A stretch of DNA of 49,830 nucleotides. Source: a virus. Its lineage: Duplodnaviria > Caudoviricetes. Location: the IMG/VR virus record IMGVR_UViG_3300017778_000538, positions 1-49,830 of that record. One strand, given 5' to 3'. The notes under the pieces were generated by a model. It saw nothing but the letters and a program-made list of their open reading frames with translations, was not told the origin of the DNA and did no database searches. Position numbers and translations under genes: made by a program. Positions 8,352-15,896 of this stretch are shown here, in pieces (the stretch's first letter is position 1; every line of letters starts with the position of its first letter).

Positions 8352-8722
8352 TTGGACATCTAAGCCCAGTCGTTCACCCAAAGAAGTGGGACTTAATACG
8401 TGTGCCTTGTCGCAAGATAACTGGCATCTATATAGTGTACGTGGCTGATGGGTTCCATCGTATGTACACCGAAGAAACTTTGCCTGATGAGTTGAAGGCG
8501 AAGTTCGCAATGATTCTTGCTTGTGGGAATCAGACTATGTTAGTAGAGCCTGAGAGCAGACTACAGAAGATGACGGTTTACGTTAATACACAATCACCCG
8601 AACTTGATGAGATTGGGTGGCGCGTATCGGAAACATATTTCTGCCTAGTCTTGGACAGGCTAACTTTGAGTTCACTGAAGGATGGGACGCTAAATGAAGA
8701 TGAAGCAAGCATTCAGCTTTGA
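8339..8722 (+). CDS. Hypothetical protein
   Basis: Overlapping co-oriented ORF in the operon. Confidence 0.7.
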   Translation: MPHLIGHLSPVVHPKKWDLIRVPCRKITGIYIVYVADGFHRMYTEETLPDELKAKFAMILACGNQTMLVEPESRLQKMTVYVNTQSPELDEIGWRVSETYFCLVLDRLTLSSLKDGTLNEDEASIQL

Positions 8723-8999
8723 GAAAGATTTTGTTGTTAGGGGATGGATAGACGAAGAAGAACTTGAAGGAGGTTCACCCCCTAACCCCGCACACTTTTG
8801 GCGAACAAGAATGATGTGGGTACGCATTGAAGATATGGACTTTGAACACCTTGAGAACACAGTTAATCTCTTCAGTAAAGAAGGTACGAAGATTGACCCC
8901 TCAAGGCAGGATGCGTTCGAGAACGTAATGCTTACCTACCTCAGAAAGAAATTAGCAATGGATGAAATGATTGAAAGGACACAACATGACATACTCTAA
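8694..8999 (+). CDS. Hypothetical protein
   Basis: Co-oriented ORF in the operon. Confidence 0.7.
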   Translation: MKMKQAFSFEKDFVVRGWIDEEELEGGSPPNPAHFWRTRMMWVRIEDMDFEHLENTVNLFSKEGTKIDPSRQDAFENVMLTYLRKKLAMDEMIERTQHDIL

Positions 9000-9201
9000 A
9001 GAACAGCTTGACGACATGGTTGAAGAAGAAACGCCTACCATATTTGAACGGCTGTGGGATGGCTTCCTCGACTTGATGACCTTAGTGGGCATGATAGCAA
9101 CCGTCTGCTTTATTGCAGGGTACGTCATCGTCAACCAACCATCGAGCGTGGTGCAGTGCGAACCAACCAAGACAGTCTTAACAAAGAGCATATTCAAATG
9201 A
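8986..9201 (+). CDS. Small membrane protein
   Basis: One hydrophobic segment (LMTLVGMIATVCFIAGYVIV); AAGGA RBS. Confidence 0.7.
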   Translation: MTYSKEQLDDMVEEETPTIFERLWDGFLDLMTLVGMIATVCFIAGYVIVNQPSSVVQCEPTKTVLTKSIFK

Positions 9202-9437
9202 ACGATATACCAGCATTCCCAAGACCCTCCAGCGGAGTAGACCAATATGCCCAAACAGGCATGACCCTGCGTGATTACTTTGCAGCTAAAGCTATGCAGA
9301 GTTTGACTACGCAGTATCGTGCGATGTTTATGGACAACACGCTTGAGGACTGGGAAGAAGAAGCTGTCCCTGCTCTAGCAGTGGAAGCCTATTTATGGGC
9401 AGACGAAATGATGAAAGCAAGAGGAGAAACAAAATGA
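9198..9437 (+). CDS. Small phage protein of the PAFP...GMTLRDYFAAKAMQ family
   Basis: Motif common in proteobacterial phages; start moved to the ATGA overlap at 9198. Confidence 0.85.
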   Translation: MNDIPAFPRPSSGVDQYAQTGMTLRDYFAAKAMQSLTTQYRAMFMDNTLEDWEEEAVPALAVEAYLWADEMMKARGETK

Positions 9438-9598
9438 CATTCCAAGAACAAATTGAGGCACTGCCCGAAGCGGAGCGGACTAAATTCTTTAGAGGACTTA
9501 TGGCGGTAGCCGAAGCAGGACGACAGGTAGGTGTACCGCCCGAAGAGTTAGCCAAGATGTACGCCAACACATACAACGAAGTGGAGAAGAACGCATGA
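9434..9598 (+). CDS. Hypothetical protein
   Basis: GAGGAG RBS, ATGA overlap; ends EKNA. Confidence 0.75.
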   Translation: MTFQEQIEALPEAERTKFFRGLMAVAEAGRQVGVPPEELAKMYANTYNEVEKNA

Positions 9599-9762
9599 AA
9601 GACGAAGACGATGACATCCAAGTTTACCAACGCCCTTGGGTGGGGCTGACGTTTGCAGAAATATGCGATGCCGAAGTGGTTGCAACGGATGAATTTAATA
9701 ATTTCTCAGAACTGAAATTCGCCCGCGCCATAGAAGCCAAACTCAAGGAGAAGAACACATGA
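9595..9762 (+). CDS. 55-aa WVGLT...FARAIEAKLKEKNT protein (not in the ORF track)
   Basis: Translated by hand: MKDEDDDIQVYQRPWVGLT...KLKEKNT; ATGA overlaps at both ends. Confidence 0.8.
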   Translation: MKDEDDDIQVYQRPWVGLTFAEICDAEVVATDEFNNFSELKFARAIEAKLKEKNT

Positions 9763-9983
9763 TACCGATAGCATGGTACGACCCAACTAACGGCGCGGTC
9801 AGTATAGACAAAGACAGCCCTTTGTTTACACCGCTTGGTCAGGTTTTGCCTTTGTATCCAGAGCGTGAGTGGGTAGGGCTGACTCAGGCGCAATTCTTGG
9901 AAGCCACACGGCTTGCTGAGAATGGTAATTATTTAGTTGCATTTGTTCGCATCCAAGATTGGCTAAAGGAACAGAACACATGA
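9759..9983 (+). CDS. WVGLT...LKEQNT protein
   Basis: Shares WVGLT and the C-terminal motif with the upstream gene. Confidence 0.8.
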   Translation: MIPIAWYDPTNGAVSIDKDSPLFTPLGQVLPLYPEREWVGLTQAQFLEATRLAENGNYLVAFVRIQDWLKEQNT

Positions 9984-10582
9984 AAGGTAACGGCTACGAA
10001 AATCACTATCGTTCCATAGCTCCCCCAAAGGAAGGTCTGCGGGTTCAAGGGTCAAACTTAACCAAGCTTGCAAGAAACAAATCAAAGTTATCGTTTAACT
10101 GCGACCACTGCGGTTTGGCATACGAGACGTATGCTTGTTGGGCAAAGCGTTACTCAAATCACTACTGTTCGAGGGCTTGCGCTAGCGCGGCAAAGGTCAT
10201 TAGATTCCCAAAAGATTGCGTGATATGCGGAACTGAGATGCTGATAACGCCATCAAATTACCCAAAGGTGTTTACTTGCTCAACGCCTTGTATGCGCAGG
10301 AAGCGGGTAACAAACAACGTCGGCATACGTACTTCTCCTGATTACATGGCTATCGCTAAACGTCTAAAAAAAGACGCATTATGCAAGTCATGCGGAACAA
10401 CCAACGGCCCGTGGGCAGTACGAGGGGTCAGATTGTGGGTTGAAGATGGTCTTGCTTGCGCGGATGGTAGCGAAGCTTATTTGGTGTGTAGGCACTGCCA
10501 CCTAAAGTCAGTGGCTCCCCTATCAACTGCTTCAGCTTACATGTCAGATCGGTTTAAATACTACAAGGAGAAGAACGCATGA
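9980..10582 (+). CDS. Cys-rich zinc-finger protein, probable degenerate HNH endonuclease
   Basis: CDHC, CSRAC, CVIC, CSTPC, CKSC and CRHCH motifs; the expected catalytic His and Asn are not visible. Confidence 0.7.
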   Translation: MKGNGYENHYRSIAPPKEGLRVQGSNLTKLARNKSKLSFNCDHCGLAYETYACWAKRYSNHYCSRACASAAKVIRFPKDCVICGTEMLITPSNYPKVFTCSTPCMRRKRVTNNVGIRTSPDYMAIAKRLKKDALCKSCGTTNGPWAVRGVRLWVEDGLACADGSEAYLVCRHCHLKSVAPLSTASAYMSDRFKYYKEKNA

Positions 10583-10752
10583 AACTAGCAGCAGGTAACC
10601 CGAACCTAATGAAGAAGATAGAACCCCTAGCGCAGCCGCGCACTTTCAATCACATGAAAGATGGGCAAATATATACACCGCCGAAGCCCGAGCCTATTCG
10701 TGCCGGTGCGATGGACGCGTTCAAACTTCCGAGCCGTGGGTATAAAACCTAA
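10579..10752 (+). CDS. 57-aa hypothetical protein (not in the ORF track)
   Basis: Translated by hand: MKLAAGNPNL...RAGAMDAFKLPSRGYKT; AAGGAG RBS. Confidence 0.75.
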   Translation: MKLAAGNPNLMKKIEPLAQPRTFNHMKDGQIYTPPKPEPIRAGAMDAFKLPSRGYKT

Positions 10753-10761
10753 AGGAACATC

Positions 10762-11025
10762 ATGCTTACACAATACCAACAAACAAGGTTGAAAGACCTA
10801 GTGCGCCCGAAGATGGGCGGGGCTTATCAGGGGACGGTAAACATCAGACTTAACGAGTTTATAGATAACTTACGCACACAGTACCCTGAACATTTCCACG
10901 AGAGTACTGACTCATTACGCAAGCGGGTATTTTTTGACGAGCCAGTGCGATTAGCTGGACATTCAGGATTACCTATGGCGGGTTTTATCCGACCGATTAA
11001 GGGGTGGCGCAATGAGTGTATCTAA
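10762..11025 (+). CDS. Hypothetical protein
   Basis: AAGGA RBS. Confidence 0.75.
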   Translation: MLTQYQQTRLKDLVRPKMGGAYQGTVNIRLNEFIDNLRTQYPEHFHESTDSLRKRVFFDEPVRLAGHSGLPMAGFIRPIKGWRNECI

Positions 11026-11266
11026 GCATCCACTGATACGTAGATTGCTACATCAGTACCACGATGGACTTACCTCTATTGAGATATCTGAGCGACTCGA
11101 ACTGAAACCTGACTCCGTCAGGAACGCTTTGGGGGAGATGCCTGATACATACATTGATAGGTGGACTCCAGTATCCAATGAGCCGCCCCATGCAGTGTGG
11201 TGCGCTGTTGTACCGCCCGAAGATTGCCCTAGACCAAAAAAGAAAGTAAAGAAAGTAAAGCCATGA
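11012..11266 (+). CDS. Winged-HTH DNA-binding protein
   Basis: GLTSIEISERLELKPDSVRNAL helix-turn-helix pattern. Confidence 0.7.
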   Translation: MSVSKHPLIRRLLHQYHDGLTSIEISERLELKPDSVRNALGEMPDTYIDRWTPVSNEPPHAVWCAVVPPEDCPRPKKKVKKVKP

Positions 11267-11550
11267 CGCCCGAAGGAAAAGTTAAAGAGGCTATTAAGAA
11301 GATTCTTAAAGCACACGATGCCTACTTCACCATGCCCATTGGCACGGGTTTTGGGAGCGCAGGTGTACCTGACTTTGTTATCTGCCATAAGGGAGTATTC
11401 ATTGGTGTGGAGGCTAAGTCAGGCACAAACAAGCCTACCGCGCTACAACTCGAACACATAGACAGGATTCGTAAGCGAGGGGGTCACGCATTCGTGGTTA
11501 ATGAAGATAACTACGGTGAACTAAATGAATTGTTAAGGGGGCTTGAATGA
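11263..11550 (+). CDS. VRR-NUC nuclease (putative Holliday junction resolvase)
   Basis: TPEGKVK, GVPD, EAK, PTALQ and GG.AFVV motifs. Confidence 0.9.
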   Translation: MTPEGKVKEAIKKILKAHDAYFTMPIGTGFGSAGVPDFVICHKGVFIGVEAKSGTNKPTALQLEHIDRIRKRGGHAFVVNEDNYGELNELLRGLE

Positions 11551-11753
11551 CCGATGAAGAAGACCAAAGTAATAGGCGTGATTTACACGCAGGATTTGCC
11601 ATGATTGGATTGATTATGAGGGGACAAGACCCTTTTAAGATTCCAGCTATGGCTTATGAACTTGCAGACTTAATGCAAGACGCGCGGGAGCAGCATAGGG
11701 CTGAATCCGCAACAGTGAAACGCCAAACCAAAAAGGAGAAGGCAAATGAGTAA
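11547..11753 (+). CDS. Small phage protein (RDL.AGFAM.G type)
   Basis: ATGA overlap; distantly resembles the protein at 9198-9437. Confidence 0.75.
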   Translation: MTDEEDQSNRRDLHAGFAMIGLIMRGQDPFKIPAMAYELADLMQDAREQHRAESATVKRQTKKEKANE

Positions 11754-12243
11754 AGAGAGTAACTTAACACGTGTGAAAAAGGCTTTGATTAAATCGCCAA
11801 ACATCACAGCGGACGTAATCGCCAGTCAAGTTGGTGTGTCTAAGGTGTACGCATATAACCTATTGTCAAACGCACGTAAAAAGTTGGGTATGAATAAGCA
11901 ACGTGATGGGACATGGAAGTTCAAAATACGTTTGCAGGGTAGCCGCCCCGAAAGTTTTGAGACCGTATCTGTAACTACTAGCGGACAATCAATCTTAGCT
12001 GGCGGCCCGACAGAGGCAGAACTAAACGCTACCGACAACATCAACCCTGCCCACTATAAGGTAGGCGGTATCGAGACTATTGACTTCATTGAAGCCAAGC
12101 TGACAGCAGAAGAGTACCGTGGCTACCTACGTGGGAATGTACTTAAATATACGTCACGTGCCGACCACAAAGGCGACCGCTTGGAGAACCTCAAGAAAGC
12201 ACAGTGGTATCTCAACCGCGAGATTGAAAAGTCAGGTAAGTAA
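11746..12243 (+). CDS. DUF3310 (T7 gp1.7-like) protein with an N-terminal HTH-like region
   Basis: DNINPAHY..GGIETIDFI...GNVLKY..R..HKG...NLKKAQWYL. Confidence 0.85.
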   Translation: MSKESNLTRVKKALIKSPNITADVIASQVGVSKVYAYNLLSNARKKLGMNKQRDGTWKFKIRLQGSRPESFETVSVTTSGQSILAGGPTEAELNATDNINPAHYKVGGIETIDFIEAKLTAEEYRGYLRGNVLKYTSRADHKGDRLENLKKAQWYLNREIEKSGK

Positions 12244-12247
12244 AACT

Positions 12248-12287
12248 TCAAGATAGCGTTCCATTACCACGTGGGACGCTATCTTGA
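12248..12287. promoter_or_regulatory. 16-bp hairpin containing motif copy 5 (12254-12276)
   Basis: TCAAGATAGCGTTCCA/TGGGACGCTATCTTGA with one G-U pair. Confidence 0.7.
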
Positions 12288-12318
12288 TACCAGTTCTTTA
12301 ATTTTTGGAGATTAGGCA

Positions 12319-12741
12319 ATGCAAATAGGAACAGAAATTTTGATTGAGCGCATGAACACTCACCCCGAAGAGTTTGAGAATGGTGTGCTTTCCAAATGGG
12401 CAAGAATAATGGAATTGACCGAGTGTTTACCCAACGAAGACAAGGCAGCTATTAAAGATGCTTACAACAAAGCAAAGATGGATTTCTTCAATGGAGAAGT
12501 TCTTGCAACATTAGCGGGCGAACGCGAACTGTTAAAGGTAACAGAGGGTACTAATACTGGTAGGCTTACAGGCAATACTCTTAACACAGGATGGTTAGAC
12601 GAACATCCGCAGAACAAAGCGGAGTATGCCGCGCAACAACAAATGGCGATGAGTGACAGGGCGAGGAACGCCATGCAAAACCCCTATCCAAGCGGCGGCT
12701 TAGTAGGCAAAGGCAACGGCATTTGGAGTGCATTGTTTTGA
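12319..12741 (+). CDS. Hypothetical protein
   Basis: GGAG RBS; precedes the polymerase. Confidence 0.8.
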   Translation: MQIGTEILIERMNTHPEEFENGVLSKWARIMELTECLPNEDKAAIKDAYNKAKMDFFNGEVLATLAGERELLKVTEGTNTGRLTGNTLNTGWLDEHPQNKAEYAAQQQMAMSDRARNAMQNPYPSGGLVGKGNGIWSALF

Positions 12742-14609
12742 ATCTAATCACACTCGATTTTGAGTCGTACTACGATGGTAAGAAACGACTCGGCTTTAAG
12801 ACGCAGACAACGGAAGAGTACGTTCGGGACTCGCGTTTTGAAGTCATAGGCGTTGGAGTAAAGGTCAATGACGGCGCGGAGACGTGGTTCTCGGGTTCCG
12901 CTAAGGAAATCTCTGACCACCTTAACTCCTATGACTGGGCGGGATCGGCGCTTCTCTGTCATAACACGCTGTTCGATGGATGTATTCTTAGCTGGCGGTT
13001 CGGTATCAAACCCGCGTACCTGCTTGACACCTTGAGCATGGCTAGGGCAATACACGGCGTCGAGGCTGGCGGTTCGCTTGCCAAGTTAGCCGAGCGTTAC
13101 AACCTTGGTAAGAAGGGCGATGAAGTAGTTGCCGCTGAAGGCAAACGCCTCAAAGATTTCGCCCCTGATGAGTTAGCGAAGTACGGCGAGTATTGCAAGA
13201 ATGACGTAGACCTTACCTTTAAGTTGTTCCAAGAATTGTCGAGCGAGTTCCCGCAAGCCGAACTTGACCTGATTGACATGACCCTGCGTATGTTCACCGA
13301 GCCTGTCTTTGAGGTTGACGATGCGCTGTTGATCGAACGACTAGAGGAAGTGCAGCAAGAGAAGCAAGGCGTACTGCGCGGCTTGATGGGGCGGATGGAG
13401 TGCGACACCGAGGAAGCAGTGCGTAAGAAACTCGCTAGTAACAAGCAGTTCGCTGCGGTGCTGGAGGAGAACGGCGTCAAATGCCCAATGAAACCAAGCA
13501 AAACTACAGGGAAGCAAACCTATGCACTGGCTAAGAACGATGAGGGCTTTTTGGCGCTTACTGAGCATGAAGACCCGTACATACAGCAGCTATGCTCTGT
13601 TCGACTGGGTACCAAATCCACTATCGAAGAGTCACGAGTCCAAAGATTCATTGACATCGGAAAGCGCAACAAGGGGCGGCTACCGATACCTCTCAAATAC
13701 TACGGTGCGCACACAGGGCGTTGGGCAGGGATGGATAAAGTCAACTTCCAAAACCTCCCTAGCCGAGATAAAAAGAAAAAGGCTCTCAAGAACTCGGTGG
13801 TTGCGCCCGATGGTTACGTTGTCATCAACTGCGACTCGTCTCAGATTGAAGCGCGTATCCTCGTTTGGCTGGCAGGACAGAATGATGTTATCGAGCAGTT
13901 TCGCAAGGGCGAGGATGTCTACTCAGTATTTGCAACCAAAATATATGATCGCCCCATCAGTAAAGCAAACCCAGTCGAACGATTCGTAGGCAAGACCTGC
14001 ATCTTGGGGCTAGGCTACGGTACTGGCGCAATAAAACTTCAGCACACGCTCAAGACAAGCCCGCCGGGAGCTATCGTTACTGAGGACGAAGCTAAAGAGT
14101 TTGTTAATACATACCGTGACAGCAACGATAAGGTGATTGACCTTTGGAAAGATGGTGACAAAGCAATCAAAGACCTAGCAAACTGGGGCAAGACCAAGCC
14201 ATTTTGGTATGGGAAGAACAAGTGCCTGATGGTAACGAAGGAAGGCATACGGTTGCCCAACGGTTTGTATATACGATACCCCGACCTCAAACTAGACACT
14301 GAAGAATCTAAAAGCCAATACATATACGCTTCTCGTAAGGGCCCTGTAAGTCTGTGGGGCGGTGCGCTGGTAGAGAACGTGGTGCAAGCCTTGGCGCGAA
14401 TTGTTGTTGGGCAGCAGATGATCGAGATACATAAACGCTACCCTGTTAAGCTGACCGCCCATGATGCGGCGGTTGTCGTAGTCAGGGAAGAGGAGCAAAC
14501 TGAGGCTCTTGCATATATCGTCGAGCGCATGTCTACGCCACCTGACTGGGCTAAGGGTTTACCCGTAGCCTGTGAAGCCAATGTCGGAAAAAGCTATGGT
14601 GATTGCTAA
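12738..14609 (+). CDS. polA: Family A DNA polymerase with 3'-5' exonuclease
   Basis: Exo motifs LDFES, HNTLFD, YCKND; TGRW; motif A DSSQIEAR; motif B KTCILGLGYG; motif C TAHDA; probable TTG start at 12738. Confidence 0.95.
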   Translation: MNLITLDFESYYDGKKRLGFKTQTTEEYVRDSRFEVIGVGVKVNDGAETWFSGSAKEISDHLNSYDWAGSALLCHNTLFDGCILSWRFGIKPAYLLDTLSMARAIHGVEAGGSLAKLAERYNLGKKGDEVVAAEGKRLKDFAPDELAKYGEYCKNDVDLTFKLFQELSSEFPQAELDLIDMTLRMFTEPVFEVDDALLIERLEEVQQEKQGVLRGLMGRMECDTEEAVRKKLASNKQFAAVLEENGVKCPMKPSKTTGKQTYALAKNDEGFLALTEHEDPYIQQLCSVRLGTKSTIEESRVQRFIDIGKRNKGRLPIPLKYYGAHTGRWAGMDKVNFQNLPSRDKKKKALKNSVVAPDGYVVINCDSSQIEARILVWLAGQNDVIEQFRKGEDVYSVFATKIYDRPISKANPVERFVGKTCILGLGYGTGAIKLQHTLKTSPPGAIVTEDEAKEFVNTYRDSNDKVIDLWKDGDKAIKDLANWGKTKPFWYGKNKCLMVTKEGIRLPNGLYIRYPDLKLDTEESKSQYIYASRKGPVSLWGGALVENVVQALARIVVGQQMIEIHKRYPVKLTAHDAAVVVVREEEQTEALAYIVERMSTPPDWAKGLPVACEANVGKSYGDC

Positions 14610-14758
14610 TGCGAGTCCTGTGGAAGTACATCAACACACAGACACGCGATGTTCACTTCTCGTGGGAACGCTGGAGTCATAGAGATGGTTTTTGGGAATT
14701 TAGATTGCCGCCCGAAGAAAAAAAAGTTGCACAAACGCCAAAACAAGCTGTAGAATAA
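14609..14758 (+). CDS. 49-aa Trp-rich hypothetical protein (not in the ORF track)
   Basis: TAATG coupling to the polymerase; MRVLWKYINTQTRDVHFSWERW... Confidence 0.5.
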   Translation: MRVLWKYINTQTRDVHFSWERWSHRDGFWEFRLPPEEKKVAQTPKQAVE

Positions 14759-14780
14759 GTAAAATTAAACTGGACACACA

Positions 14781-15440
14781 ATGAGTTTCACTTGGTCATA
14801 TTCGGCTCTAAAAGATTACGTGAACTGCCCTCGGCAGTACAACGAAGTCAAGATTCTGAAGAACTACGTTAAGAAGACCACGCATCAGATGACCTTTGGC
14901 ACTGAGGTGCATAAGGCTTGTGAGGACTACGTTGGTGAGGGCAAGCCGCTGGTTAAGAACTATGCCCACTTCAAGCCAACACTAGACTCCCTGATGGAGA
15001 TAAGCGGTACGCGATACCCCGAGTACGAGATGGCGTTGATGCCCGACTGCACACCCTGCGGTTTTTCTGAGCCAGCGCGTTGGGTGCGGGGGATAGTTGA
15101 CTTGCTTATCGTGGATGGTGAAGACGCATACATTATTGACTACAAGACGGGCAGCAACAAATACCCTGACCCAAAACAGTTAAAGCTGATGGCGCTGATG
15201 ACCTTTGCTCACTTCCCCGAGGTGCAGAATATCAAGGCGGGGCTGTTGTTTATAGTGCAAAATAGCTTTGTTGACGAGTCATACAAGCGAAGTCAAGTTG
15301 AGGAACTTTGGGGCCACTTCAGACCCGACCTTCAACGTATGCAGTCTTCATACGACACAGGCATATGGAACCCAAATCGAACTCCGCTTTGCGGCTGGTG
15401 TCCCGTAAAAACCTGCGAGAACTACAAGGAAAGACGATGA
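14781..15440 (+). CDS. PD-(D/E)XK exonuclease, RecB/Cas4-like
   Basis: SYS...CP, GTEVH, RGIVDL, IIDYKTG, QL and C-terminal CGWCP..TC. Confidence 0.9.
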   Translation: MSFTWSYSALKDYVNCPRQYNEVKILKNYVKKTTHQMTFGTEVHKACEDYVGEGKPLVKNYAHFKPTLDSLMEISGTRYPEYEMALMPDCTPCGFSEPARWVRGIVDLLIVDGEDAYIIDYKTGSNKYPDPKQLKLMALMTFAHFPEVQNIKAGLLFIVQNSFVDESYKRSQVEELWGHFRPDLQRMQSSYDTGIWNPNRTPLCGWCPVKTCENYKERR

Positions 15441-15748
15441 CCTACGTAACTAAACCCCGACCATACAAAAAAGAATATGAACAGCAAAAAGCTAGAGGCG
15501 AACTCGCCAATCGAATGGAGCGCCAACGCGCTAGACGCGCTATTGACAAAACTGGAGCCGACAAAAACGGAAACGGCACGGCTGACAAACGCGAAGGAAA
15601 AGATGTTGCACACGTCAAGGCTTTATCTACAGGTGGCAAAAACGCAAACGGAGTGCGCGTAGAGAGCGCAGCTAAGAATCGTTCGTTTAAGCGAAGCGCA
15701 TCAGGCGCGTTGGTATCCGAGACAAGCAAGCGCGAACGCAAAAAGTAA
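15437..15748 (+). CDS. Small basic HNH-like protein
   Basis: KDVAH...GGKN...NRS pattern; start moved to the ATGA overlap. Confidence 0.65.
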   Translation: MTYVTKPRPYKKEYEQQKARGELANRMERQRARRAIDKTGADKNGNGTADKREGKDVAHVKALSTGGKNANGVRVESAAKNRSFKRSASGALVSETSKRERKK

Positions 15749-15751
15749 TAA

Positions 15752-15870
15752 CTGCCGTAAGGCATGAGTGGGCAGCGGGAGGTTTGCACTCCCTTAACCG
15801 TGTCAGTCAAACGGTGCAGGTGCTTTCTCCTTGGCACGTCGGTTTGACCGATTGACCCCCGTAAGGGGTC
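15752..15870 (+). ncRNA. Candidate structured cis-regulatory RNA upstream of the helicase
   Basis: Several stems: TGCC-gtaa-GGCA, GGGAG/CTCCC, GTCAAAC/GTTTGAC, GACCCC/GGGGTC. Confidence 0.45.
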
Positions 15871-15896
15871 TTGTTAAATACAGTAAAGGATAGTTA

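Noticed and set aside
14727-14756. Promoter TTGCAC-18 nt-TAGAAT before the exonuclease
   Set aside because: Plausible, but the -35 is weak, the spacing is suboptimal and it lies inside a likely small ORF; not enough support to call.
14781-15440. Cas4 as part of a CRISPR-Cas system
   Set aside because: No other cas genes or array are present; standalone Cas4-like exonucleases are routine in phage replication modules.
15752-15870. tRNA gene
   Set aside because: No cloverleaf, no TTC T-loop in the right context and no acceptor stem; kept only as a candidate structured RNA.
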